Shown in pieces: positions 1 through 13,929 of a stretch of 64,000 nucleotides of DNA. The DNA is from Eledone cirrhosa. Taxonomy: Eukaryota. Position 1 is the first letter of the stretch. Each line of letters opens with the position of its first letter. Location: contig OZ024755.1 of NCBI GenBank assembly GCA_964016885.1, forward strand, positions 14,570,001-14,634,000, read 5' to 3'. The position numbers were made by a program, and so were the translations under genes. The notes beneath the pieces are model-generated. The model was not told where the DNA came from. It did no database searches and worked only from the letters and a program-made list of their open reading frames with translations.

Positions 1-59
1 ATGGAGTAATTAAAATAAACTAACAAAATAATAGAATGATCATGACTGCAAATCCTTTG

Positions 60-808
60 ATCATTGATGATGATGATGATGTAGGTGAGGTTGATGATGA
101 TGATGGTGATGTTGATGATGAAAATATTGCTGTTGATGATGATAATGTCGATGGTGTTAGTGATGTTGATTATTAAAATGATGATCATCATGATGATTAT
201 CACAAGGACGTGGTGGTGAGGCAGATGATGATGATGATGGTGATGATGGTGGCGACGATGATGATGATGATGATAATGATGATCAATACGATGACGACGC
301 CGATAATGATGATGATGATCATTTATCCTTCTATCTATCTATCTATTAATAAATCTATCTATGTCTATGTGCCTGTCTTTCTGTTTGTCTATTTGTCTAT
401 TTGTCTGTCTATTTGTCATTCTATCCGCCTGTTTATCTATCTATCTGCCTGTCTGTCTGTTTATCTATTTGTCCATCCACCTATCTATCCACTTATCTAT
501 CTATCTATATATCTATCTACCTATCTACTTGCCCCAGCATGGCCTTATGGCTGCAACAGCAGTGCCATCAACAAAATAACAAAAGAATCAAGAAATAAAT
601 GAATAAAAGAATACAAGACTGTTTATATTTATGTTTTGTCTTGTTTTCTTCGGATAGAACGTAACAGTTTGTTGCATAGCAACGTTTCAGGCGATCCCTG
701 GTGACATACTCAGCAGCAGCAGTAACAGCAGCAGCAACAACAGTATTAAAACCTACTGGCCACGCTCCCCCTTCTTAATTATACAGCACGCTGCTGCTGC
801 TGCTGCTG

Positions 809-843
<35 letters not shown>

Positions 844-1423
844 GGTGATGATAGTGGAGTGGTAGTGCTGGTGTTAGTAGTAGTAGTGGTAAAAATCGTA
901 GTAGTAGTAATAATAGTAGTAGTAATAATAGTAGTAGCAACATCATCAACAGCAGCACTAGTAGTAGTAGTAGTAGTAGTAGCAGCTATACAATGAGTCG
1001 TTGTAGTACAGAGGCAGCAATAACATCAAAATCAGCTATATGATAGCACACTTCTATTGTAGATGAAAATGATGATGATGATGGTCATATTGATGACGGT
1101 TATGATGATAGTGATACTGATGATAAGTGATGATGATAATGGTCATAACGATGAGGGTGATGACTATGATAGTGACGATGATGGTGATGATGATGATCAT
1201 TTTTATTATGAAATGAATGTCTTCCATATAGGCGTTTCTCTTTCTTTTTTGTGTGCTTTTTTTGTATTTGTGTGTGCATGTATGTATGTGTTAGTGAGTA
1301 TAAGGAGTAACATATGTATACTTACATACACACATATACATGTGTGTATGTATATACGCATGATGTTCGTATGCATTTCTCTCTCTCCCTCCCTCTCTCC
1401 CTCCCTCTCTCCCCCTCTCTCTC

Positions 1424-1457
<34 letters not shown>

Positions 1458-1544
1458 ATATATATAAACACACACATACATATATATATACACATGTATA
1501 TATATATATAATATATATACACACACACACACACACATATACAT

Positions 1545-1577
<33 letters not shown>

Positions 1578-1677
1578 CATACATACATACATATACACAT
1601 GTATATATATATATATATATATATACACATGTAGATACATACATATATATATATATTTACACATGTATATACACACA

Positions 1678-1725
<48 letters not shown>

Positions 1726-1732
1726 CACACAT
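60..1732. repeat. Cluster of simple repeats: (GAT)n, (CTAT/CTGT)n, (CTA/TAG)n, (CT)n, (TA/CA)n
   Basis: Directly visible microsatellite tracts; the ORFs called here are low-complexity translations. Confidence 0.95.
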
Positions 1733-2076
1733 ATGGTGGCTGCCAACTCGTTTTCGAGTACGGCCACTACTTTATATCCATGTAGGAGAACCCTTACCGA
1801 TGCGCTGAACGAGTGTGCCTTTTTAGTCCAGCCAGCGACTTGAAAACTCTGGTACAAACACTACACTTGTGACAATTATTGACACATAGTGCTGGGCCCA
1901 TGGTACCATGTGACGACAAGTGCAGAGAGATCTCCAGATATAAAGCAATGCCTGTGCCGTGAAGTTTTTATAGTGAGCAAAGGCACTGCACAAAGCCATA
2001 TATATATATATATATACACACACATATATATATATACACACACATATATATATATACACACATATATATATATACA

Positions 2077-2143
<67 letters not shown>

Positions 2144-2248
2144 TGTTATACTTGGGGAGGGTCATATTTGTGTAATATTGCCAGAATTAATAACAGAACA
2201 CACTCACTGTTTGGTTATCATCGCCGTTATATATATATATATATATAC

Positions 2249-2294
<46 letters not shown>

Positions 2295-2904
2295 CACACA
2301 CACACATTATATACATTCTTTAGGAATGGGACGCCGGTCCTTCTTTGGAATGGAGAACAGAAAAGGAGGGATTGACAAAAAAAAAAAAAATCAACGAAAA
2401 ATTATGTATAATGTGGTTTTTCTCGCCCTTCGTCTTTCGTAGATTTTTCCTTCGTCAAAGCTGTTCTTCACTCTTTAAAAAATCCCTTCTTCTTTTCATA
2501 GTTTTCTCTCCTCTTTTTCTTTTTGAAAAAAAAAAAAGGATTATCCGTTCATCGTCCTCTTGCTCTTGTCTATGTTTCTAATTCTTTTTATATCGCTCAT
2601 TCCATCTTCTGATGAAGCATTGAAGTTAAATCTCTTTTCGTACTATATCGTGGGTTTAACTAATCTCTCTCTATATATATGCATTGTACTGTATCGTTGC
2701 TCTTACATTTTGCACACATACGCGCGCGCACACACACACTATAGGGATCTTGGTGTGGACAATAAATAATTTTATATAAATTCATTTTGTTTATGTGTCA
2801 AAATTGGAACGCAGCCACCTGTAAAATCGGCATTCTATATTAAAATTCCAGTGAATTTTATTGCCTTTTAAATTTATTTTTAACGAGATTCCATAATATA
2901 TGCG

Positions 2905-2950
<46 letters not shown>

Positions 2951-3599
2951 CACGCACATATATATTATAAAAGTAGCTTTTATCTATAACATACATTACA
3001 TACTATAAAAAAGTAATTTAATATGTACCAACGTTAAGGTTAAATGCTTGATTTTGTCTTAATATCTTATTGAATAATTTACGAAATACCCAGTTACGTG
3101 CCAATTGAAGTATTTCATAAGCAAGATTATTTGCGAAGGTAATAGCTAATTAAATTGATTTATTAAAATGGAGGTCATAAGATTTTAGAGTATTTAAATC
3201 AACGCATTGTATGTGAGTTATATAAATTGCAGTGCAGTTGAATTTTTAAATTCATCAAAGGAATTTATCCTTTTTTGTTGAATGTCGGTAAATGTGTATG
3301 ATATTGTATATAAATATAATTTCATTTGCATTTTCGTTTCAATTCGTACTAATCGTTAAAAAATCCTTAAGAGGCATACAGAAAATTAAAAATTTGAATT
3401 GTAGTCGTTCCAACTCTTTAAATAATATTTGAAAAACAAAGTGCCGTTGGAGACGAAAAGAATATAACAGAGGTGCCTTTGTCCAGTGTTTTGCGTCTGC
3501 AGGGTTACTGTACCCGATTTTACAACAATTATTTTTAGTGAACGGCAATGATAGTAATTCCCATTGGGACGACTATATTTTAAATTGTAAATTTATGTA

Positions 3600-4172
3600 A
3601 TATTTTATACATTTTTAATTGATCAAAATATGATGTTTATAACTTTCAGGTTTCATTGTCTATTTTTTCCAAATTATTCTAATTTTTATCACGCTTTAAG
3701 TATTCTTGCACCTAATTCCAGCCAGGTTATAGAGTGCATTCTTTGTTTATCAGGCACTTCAGCTTTCATTGAAAAGATATGTTCAATGATGAAACATGGT
3801 CTAATGATCGAATCAAAAGAAAAAATGGTTTGAATTTTTATAAAAGTAATATTAAGTTCTTTGGAGGAAAGCAAAGACTAAAACAAAAAAAAAAAAGAAA
3901 AACAACAATAATAACATTTTTTACGAAAGTTCAATCAAGTGAAATATATGAAGGGCAAAACAGTGTTTAACAAAAAATTATATGTAATATTGATGCTCCT
4001 TGCCTTGCTCAATTTCAATAGATTTTAGAGATAAAACTACAAATGTTCGTATTTCTTTATGCATTGGAAGGTTAAGGGCATTTAGGTTATGAAAGCACTT
4101 ATACAAGTATCGGTAGCTCTAAAAAATTGAGTACACTCTGCTATTTGAGGCTCAGAAATTATGGTAAACCTA
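3600..4172 (+). mobile_element. Decayed hAT-superfamily DNA transposon 3' end (dimerization-domain remnant plus candidate right TIR)
   Basis: Fragments CILCLSGTSAFIEKICSMM and ETWSNDR resemble the hAT C-terminal motif (LPGTSAxVERxFSxMNxxWSDER). The ATGGTAAACCTA near 4161-4172 resembles hAT termini. Frameshifted. Confidence 0.55.
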
Positions 4173-4552
4173 GACAAAGAGGATACAATATCGGTATGAT
4201 AAATGGTGGTACGCCTTCGATTGATGGATGTTGGCATTTTTATTATTTGTTTTGAGGGATGGAGTGATCTAGAAGAAAAGATTTGTTCATGGTTTTCGTT
4301 GGGGCTCCTGGATGGGTGTCCCGAGGTTAAAAACCAACAAGGATTCTCAAGGGATTGTTGAATTACAAATTAATTTAGCATAGATATAAATTTCTCTCGC
4401 ACATACCCATAGGCTCACCCTCATAACTGTCCAAAATACACACACACATAGTATATATATATATAAGTGCGTGTGTGTTTCTAAAAATGCCTCCTGTGTT
4501 TTTGTTTGTTTCATTTATTAAGTAATATATATATATATATACATACATATAA

Positions 4553-4584
<32 letters not shown>

Positions 4585-4589
4585 ACACA

Positions 4590-4649
<60 letters not shown>

Positions 4650-4768
4650 AAGAAACGGTCGTAAATAATTTAACTGATTTAATTTAAATCGTTGTTAATC
4701 TTTATTCTGATACAAACATATATATATATATATACACCGTAGTTAGTGTAATATATATATACATATAC

Positions 4769-5124
4769 ATGAATGTATATATAGTGTATTTTGCAATACA
4801 CTTCATGCTTAATTAAAAGCATTTTGATGACCGTATGCTATTGTTTTAGAGTAGTGACAGACTCACTTACTTTAAACTCAGCAAACAGGGGGAGATAAAG
4901 CCGACAAGGCCTTGTTTCTGCATTTTTTGATGCTTATCACGGCTAACTACTCCCTCCCGGCATCAAAAAAGGCAGAAACAAGGCCTTGTCGGCTTTATCT
5001 CCCCCTGTTTGCTGAGATTAAAGTAAGTGAGTCTGTCACTACTCTAAAACAATAGCATACGGTCTTCAAAATGCTTTTAATTAAGCATAAAGTGTATTGC
5101 AAAATACACTATATATACATTCAT
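4769..5124. repeat. Long fold-back inverted repeat (~165-bp arms, 26-nt spacer) in TA context; probable inverted PLE terminal-repeat fragment
   Basis: 4769-4933 is the near-perfect reverse complement of 4960-5124. It contains a degenerate hammerhead at 4899-4944 (-). Confidence 0.85.
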
Positions 5125-5151
5125 ATATATATGGCTATTTCAGAGCTCCAA

Positions 5152-5196
<45 letters not shown>

Positions 5197-5336
5197 TTGT
5201 TAAACAATATTCAATGATTATGTCAAAGAATGAGTTTTACAATAGATTGGAAGCACTCAACGGGAAAATAATTTTCTGGAGTTATTATTATTAAAATATA
5301 AGTATTAATAAAATAGATGTTCTTTTGATCAATTAC

Positions 5337-5389
5337 ATTTTATTATACATATTTCGGATGTACAACAGTACGTCCTCATCAGATAAAAT
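5337..5389 (-). ncRNA. Minimal type-I hammerhead ribozyme motif
   Basis: Minus strand: ATTTTAT-CTGATGA-GGACGTACTGTTGTACATCC-GAAA-TATGT-ATA/ATAAAAT. Intact core, 7-bp stem I, paired stem II, quasi-palindromic stem III. Confidence 0.75.
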
Positions 5390-5477
5390 ATAATGATACA
5401 TGACATACCCTGAGATGTTAAATGTTTAAGATTTAATCAAGGTAGTATATATATATATATATACAGCATAGTTAGTG

Positions 5478-5524
<47 letters not shown>

Positions 5525-6013
5525 ACATTTCGTTCCACAAATTAAGGGCTCCCCCAAATTTAGATATACTTTACCAAATTACGCTACGCGTGGATGTGTG
5601 TATGTGTTGGTCTTAGTGTGTGCACTGATCCTTTGAATACACGTGCAATACTCCAGCGTAACAGGATTATGTCGAACTTTATACACACACACTACACAAA
5701 CATACACATACCACAAATAACAGACTCACAAATATTCTCACATATGCTTCCCCCCACACACATATATATATATAAGTAAAAATACTACCAGCATGAGTAT
5801 TAATAATATGCAAATTCAAGTGCCATTTCAATGGTACTACAATAATCTATAGAATATACCTCAGCTACAGATACCTTTCTGGTTCTTTAACTGATATTTG
5901 TCTTCCGATGAGAATCTCGAAGGTTTTAAAAGATCTATTATAGATATATATCACTTTTGGTTTTCAATTTACATATATACGTGTCTAGATGTTCAATGTG
6001 TTTCCTCTGACCT

Positions 6014-6243
6014 GTATATATATATATATAGAGAGAGAGAGAGGGATATACATATATACATATGCATATATACATAGATAGAGGTATGTATATATATATA
6101 TATATATATAGATAGATAGAAATGTATATATATATAGATAGATATGTATATATAGATATGTATATATATATATATATAGAGAGATAGATAGGTATATATA
6201 TATAGATAGATAGGTATATATATATATATATATAGAGAGAGAG

Positions 6244-6293
<50 letters not shown>

Positions 6294-6571
6294 GTATATA
6301 TATATATATAGATATATAGAGAGAGATATGTATGTGTAGATGTATATATAGATGTACATAGACATAGATATGTATATATATGTATGTGTAGATGTATATA
6401 TAGATGTACATAGACATAGATATGTATATATATGTATATATATATATAGATATATATAGAGAGATATGTAGATGTATGTATAGATGCACATAGACATAGA
6501 TATGCATATATATATATATAGATATGTATATATAGATATGCATATATATATATATGTATATATAGATATGC

Positions 6572-6604
<33 letters not shown>

Positions 6605-6702
6605 TATAGATATGTATATATAGATATGCATATATATATGTATATATAGATATGCATATATATATATATAAATATATATATATAGATATGTATATATAGA
6701 TA

Positions 6703-6744
<42 letters not shown>

Positions 6745-6918
6745 TATGCATATATATATATATCTATATATAGACATGCATATATATATATATATATATA
6801 TGCATATCTATATATAAATATATATATATGCATATCTATATATGCATATCTATATATACATATATATATATGCATATCTATATATACATATATATATACA
6901 TATATATATATGCATATC

Positions 6919-6965
<47 letters not shown>

Positions 6966-7056
6966 ATATCTATATATACATATCTATATATATATATATA
7001 TATGCATATCTATATATATATATGTATATATAGATATGCATATGTATATATAGATA

Positions 7057-7096
<40 letters not shown>

Positions 7097-7560
7097 GATA
7101 TGCATATATATATATATACATGTATATATAGATATGCATATATATATATATACATGTATATATAGATATGCATATATATATATATATATGTATATATAGA
7201 TATGCATATATATATATATACATGTATATATAGATATGCATATATATATATATACATGTATATATAGATATGCATATATATATATATATACATGTATATA
7301 TAGATATGCATATATATATATATATACATGTATATATAGATATGCATATATATATGTATATATAGATATGCATATATATATATATAGATATGCTTATATA
7401 TATGTATATATAGATATGCATATATATATATATATATGTGTATATATAGATATGCATATATATATATATATATGTGTATATATAGATATGTATATATATA
7501 TATATATATGTGTATATATAGATATGCATATCTATATATATATATATGTATATATAGATA

Positions 7561-7600
<40 letters not shown>

Positions 7601-7666
7601 TATGTATATATAGATAAGCATATATATATATATAATATATATATATATATATGTATATACAGATAA

Positions 7667-7709
<43 letters not shown>

Positions 7710-7716
7710 GATAAGC

Positions 7717-7753
<37 letters not shown>

Positions 7754-7786
7754 GATAAGCATATATATATATGTATATATAGATAA

Positions 7787-7819
<33 letters not shown>

Positions 7820-7822
7820 TAA

Positions 7823-7855
<33 letters not shown>

Positions 7856-7928
7856 TATGTATATATAGATAAGCATATATATATATATATATATCTATAT
7901 ATATAGATAGATATGTATATATAGATAA

Positions 7929-7965
<37 letters not shown>

Positions 7966-8379
7966 TATATAGATAAGCATATATATATATAGATATGTAT
8001 ATATAGATAAGCATATATATATAGATATATATATATAGATAAGCATATATATATAGATATGTATATATAGATAAGCATATATAGATATGTATATATAGAT
8101 AAGCATGTATATATAGATAGGCATATATATATAGATATGTATATATAGATAAGCATATATATATGTATATATAGATAAGCATATTTATATAGATATGTAT
8201 ATATAGATAAGCATATATATATATATATGTATATATAGATAAGCATATATATATATATATACATAGATATAGATATGTATATATAGATAAGCATATATAT
8301 ATATATATATTCATATATATATATATATGTATATATAGATAAGCATATATATATATATATATGTATATATAGATAAGCA

Positions 8380-8414
<35 letters not shown>

Positions 8415-8555
8415 GTGTATATATAGATAAGCATATATATATAGATATGTATATATAGATAAGCATATATATAGATATGTATATATAGATAAGAATATAT
8501 ATATAGATATGTATATATAGTTATGTATATATAGATATGCATATATATATATATC
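6014..8555. repeat. Compound (TA)n satellite with GATATGCA / GATAAGCA interruptions
   Basis: Visible higher-order units TGTATATATAGATATGCA(TA)n, shifting to GATAAGCA after ~7610. Confidence 0.95.
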
Positions 8556-8772
8556 AATATCTAATATAGAAATTGCTTCTACAGGACTAAAGCTTTTTCA
8601 CAACATATATAATATGTATGATGACTATGTTTCTCGGTAGACATGCTCAATGGACATTTGCCCAGAGCATCAATAATTCAAATTAATAGGTATATATATA
8701 TAGTTTAATAAATAAACAGAGAACAAAAAACAGAGAGGCAGTACAAATGATATTAGTAATCAAACGGTATAT

Positions 8773-8821
<49 letters not shown>

Positions 8822-9033
8822 AATATATATATATATACAATGGTACAGCATATTCGAAGTTCGATCAGCAGCTAAGCCAACGAATGCCTTCAGCAGTGCA
8901 GCCAAGCATTCGACGAGGAATAGACCTCAGAGTAATAACATACAGTTTAAGGGGCTTGCAAATTGAAAATAGCGACCGCTAATTCAGCCGCGTGATCTGT
9001 AGCAACGAAAGAACTGACTAGTGAGAAAAGGAT

Positions 9034-9065
<32 letters not shown>

Positions 9066-9769
9066 ATACATATATACATATAAGAATATACATACATACA
9101 TACATATATGCACATATCTGTATATATAACATACCTGGACCATCACTTCGAAATTACTGAATATCTAGTGAGGTTCTTTAATCCAACAAGCTGGATATTA
9201 CAACAAGCTGTAATATTCTAACATAATTCATCAAGCATCCAATATTGAATCATGGTAGATTATGTGAAGGACATATAATCTCTATATTACGTTTCCTGGA
9301 TTGTGAAAATGGTGGTGTACACGAAAACCTTAACATTTTTTTACTTCTCATTTTTAATATTTTTTATATTTCTCTACACACAAGCTTCTATTTCATACAT
9401 ATAAAAAAAACCTTTACCAATACAACCCCCATAATACTCTTGATTGCCCGCTTAAAGTGCTTGTATTACATATAACACCCTACCGCACTATAATCTTATA
9501 TAAATAAGACACACCTGCATGCCCCACGTGTAACTATTGCATACACTAACCACTTCTAACTATCCTCTTGCATTTTCTTCGTAAACTGCCAATGTTGTAT
9601 TCTAACTTTAATTTTGTTTTCTTTTTATATGACTTTAATCTTTGAATGTAAATTGCCATGCTAAAATATTATAATGGATGTCAACCCACTGTGCCCCAAT
9701 ATATACATATGTTTCTGTATGTCTCTTGTGTTGAAAAGGAGGTCATGTATGTAAACAATCATTGAAAAA

Positions 9770-9818
9770 TTGCTCCGAAGACTCCAAACCTCGGTTTGGA
9801 AGAAACAATTGTAAGCGA
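9770..9818 (+). ncRNA. Hammerhead ribozyme motif with one core substitution (CCGAAGA)
   Basis: TTGCT-CCGAAGA-CTCCAAACC-TC-GGTTTGGAA-GAAA-CAATT-GTA/AGCGA, followed by AATAAA. Stem III is the palindrome ACAATTGT. Confidence 0.65.
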
Positions 9819-10030
9819 ATAAATGGTTTAAACAGAACTTTGATTCATGTAATTTCTATAATTTCTATATATATATATATATGAACATAAATATATATAT
9901 ATATTTATATATATATATATGAACATAAATATATATATATATTTATATATATATATATGAACATAAATATATATATGTATATATTTATATATATATATAT
10001 ATGAACATAAATATATATATGTATATATAT

Positions 10031-10472
10031 CATACTTCCTCAGTCAAAAGACTGCTGGAATTTCAAATTTGGCGGTCATTCGATGCGTGAAGGGACAACT
10101 TAACAGACATGAAAATTAACTGCGGTAAGGAATTTTTTTCTTATATCAAAGTTTAATGGGCTTCCACTGACGATTTATAAGTGCCCACCTAAATATATTC
10201 TTACATGAAAATATGTTAGGCTTCTACATAAACTGGAAACATTCTCCCAACTTGTAGAAAACTTATAATGAAACAATTGTTTGGAAAGAGAGATTTATTT
10301 TAACTTTAATTATATCTCATATAAAATAATACAACTGTCTTTCCACAAAATACATATAGTTAGCAACCCAAACACTTAATTTAGGTTTATACTAACGTAT
10401 AACCTAATGTTTGTTGAGTGAGATGGTTACCAGTCGGAGTTTAGCTTAGAGCTATCTCTGTCATTGTATTAA
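10031..10472 (+). mobile_element. HHR-bearing interspersed repeat, copy A (PLE terminal repeat or retrozyme-like)
   Basis: Reverse-complement homologous to 10993-11450 and 36793-37250. Carries a branched HHR at 10162-10286; its 3' end runs into (TA)n. Confidence 0.75.
10162..10286 (+). ncRNA. Hammerhead ribozyme with branched stem II (copy A)
   Basis: TTCCA-CTGACGA-T-TTATAAGT...ACTTATAA-T-GAAA-CAATT-GTT/TGGAA. Confidence 0.7.
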
Positions 10473-10473
10473 A

Positions 10474-10515
<42 letters not shown>

Positions 10516-10804
10516 CATAAATATATATATATATATATATATATGAACATAAATATATATATATATATATATATATGAACATAAATATATATATATATAT
10601 ATATATATGAACATAAATATATATATATATATATATATATGAACATAAATATATATATATATATATATATATGAACATAAATATATATATATATATATAA
10701 ATATGAACATAAATATATATATATATATAAATATGAACATAAATATATATATATATATAAATATGAACATAAATATATATATATATATATATATAAATAT
10801 GAAC

Positions 10805-10843
<39 letters not shown>

Positions 10844-10992
10844 CATATATATATATATATATATGAACATAAATATATATATATATATATATATGAACAT
10901 AAATATATATATATATATATATATGAACATAAATATATATATGTATATATATATATATATATATGAACATAAATATATATATGTATATATAT

Positions 10993-11450
10993 TTAATACA
11001 TTAACAGAGAAAGCTTTAAGCAATACTCCGACCGGCTTCCGTTTCACTCAACAAACATTAGGATATACCTTAGTATAATCCCAATTATACGTTTGGGTGC
11101 TAACTATACGTATTATGCGGATAGCCAGTTATATTATTTTATATGAGACATAATTAAAATACATCTCTCTTTCGAAACGATCATTTCATTATAAGTTTTC
11201 TACAAATTGGGAAAATAATGTCCAGGTTATGTAGAGGCCTACACACAGTCCGTAGGAATATATGTAGGCGGGCACTTATAAATCATCAGTGGATGCCCGA
11301 CAAATATCGATATAAAAAAAAAACAAAAAAAAAACCTTGCCGATATTAATGTTCAGCGATGGTACACCTCCGTGCTAGAATAACCGCCAAATTTGAAATT
11401 CCAGCAGTCTCACAATCAGAAATCTCACAATGCCATCAAGCGGAAAGGGG
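10993..11450 (-). mobile_element. HHR-bearing interspersed repeat, copy B
   Basis: Shares blocks with copies A and C: CACTCAACAAACATTAGG, TATTATTTTATATGAGA, TCATCAGTGGATGCCC, TCCAGCAGT. Confidence 0.75.
11172..11293 (-). ncRNA. Hammerhead ribozyme with branched stem II (copy B)
   Basis: Minus strand: TCCA-CTGATGA-T-TTATAAGT...ACTTATAA-T-GAAA-TGATC-GTT/TCGA. Internal hairpin GCCTACATATA/TGTGTGTAGGC. Confidence 0.65.
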
Positions 11451-11659
11451 ATATATATATATATATATATGAACATAAATATATATATGTATATATATAT
11501 ATATGTATGAACATAAATATATATATGTATATATATTTATATATGAACATAAATATATATATATATGTATGAACATAAATATATATATGTATATATATAT
11601 GTATGAACATAAATATATATATATATATATGTATATATATATGTATGAACATAAATATA

Positions 11660-11697
<38 letters not shown>

Positions 11698-11862
11698 CAT
11701 AAATATATATATGTATATATATATATATATATGTATGAACATAAATACATATATGTATATATATATATATATGTATGAACATAAATATATATATGTATAT
11801 ATATATATATATGTATGAACATAAATATATATATGTATATATATATATATATATGTATGAAC

Positions 11863-11903
<41 letters not shown>

Positions 11904-11906
11904 AAG

Positions 11907-11943
<37 letters not shown>

Positions 11944-11947
11944 AAGA

Positions 11948-11981
<34 letters not shown>

Positions 11982-11984
11982 AAG

Positions 11985-12029
<45 letters not shown>

Positions 12030-12032
12030 AAG

Positions 12033-12083
<51 letters not shown>

Positions 12084-12594
12084 AACATAAATATATATAT
12101 GTATATAAATATATATATATGTATGAAGATAAATATATATATATATATATATATATGTATGAAGATAAATATATATATGTATATATATATATATATGAAG
12201 ATAAATATATATATGTATATATATATATATGAAGATAAATATATATATGTATATATATATATATATATGAAGATAAATATATATATGTATATATATATAT
12301 ATATATGAAGATAAATATATATATGTATATATATATATATATATGAACATAAATATATATATGTATATATATATATATATATGAAGATAAATATATATAT
12401 GTATATATATATATATATATGAACATAAATATATATATGTATGTGAAGGTATGTATATTTCCTCTGATAATTTGTAATATTTTTACATAGATCTATATGA
12501 TATACATACCAACACACATATACATCCTAGAAACGACCGTAAAATGACGAATTTTTTAATATTAGGAACTTTTATTTCATTGTATGTATTATTT

Positions 12595-12660
<66 letters not shown>

Positions 12661-12671
12661 CATAAATATAA

Positions 12672-12715
<44 letters not shown>

Positions 12716-12729
12716 TAACATAAATATAA

Positions 12730-12792
<63 letters not shown>

Positions 12793-12803
12793 CATAAATA
12801 TAA

Positions 12804-12856
<53 letters not shown>

Positions 12857-12867
12857 CATAAATATAA

Positions 12868-12909
<42 letters not shown>

Positions 12910-13038
12910 GAACATAAATATATATATATATATATTAACATAAATATATATATATATTTATATATATATATATATGAACATAAATATATATATATATATA
13001 TATATTAACATAAATATATATATACATATATATATATT

Positions 13039-13069
<31 letters not shown>

Positions 13070-13158
13070 TAATATATATATATATATATATATATTAATA
13101 TATATATATATATATATATATGTATACATGTATATATATATGTGTGTGTACGTATATA

Positions 13159-13189
<31 letters not shown>

Positions 13190-13929
13190 TTGTATATATA
13201 TATATATTTGTATATATATATATATTTGTATATATATATATATTTGTATATATATATTTGTATATATATATATATTTGTATATATATATATATTTGTATA
13301 TAAATATTTATATTTGTATATATATATTTATATTTGTATATATATATATATTTATATTTGTATATATATATTTATATATATTTGTATATAAATATTTATA
13401 TTTGTATATAAATATTTATATTTGTATATAAATATTTATATTTGTATATATATATTTATATTTGTATATATATATTTATATTTGTATATATATATTTATA
13501 TTTGTATATATATATTAAAAACATAACATGAAATGTACTGACCATATATGTGTTGTGTATATCGTTACTCCATACTCCGTCTAGTCCTGCTAGATGATCA
13601 CCCGGGCAACTGTTATGCCGTATCTGCACATCCCATCTCGCTTATCACATCACATGCCATCCCATAGCATCCTATCACCATCCCATACCATTCCATAACC
13701 TCCCATACCATCCTATCACCATCCCATACCTTACCATACTGTCCTATACTATCACATCACATATCATTTCCAGCATGCCTCACTACACTACACTATACCA
13801 CAGACTGGTTTAACAACCTCATAACTTATGACAGTTAAATATCCTCTCACTACACTGGATAATAATGAGGACGGGGTGCGGTTTTGCAGCGGATTTCTCT
13901 ATTGCGCTTAACCCAGGACCATGTCGCAG

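Larger units (their letters stand above)
9866..13515. repeat. Compound (TA)n satellite with GAACATAAA / GAAGATAAA / TTTG interruptions, split by interspersed-repeat islands
   Basis: Visible arrays at 9866-10030, 10473-10992, 11451-12440 and 12600-13515. Confidence 0.9.

Noticed and set aside
1733-1998. GC-richer unique island between microsatellites
   Set aside because: No sustained ORF, splice signals, structure or second copy is visible; left unassigned.
2600-2640. CTGATGAAGC motif in a PLE-like island
   Set aside because: No GAAA or stem III partner is recognisable.
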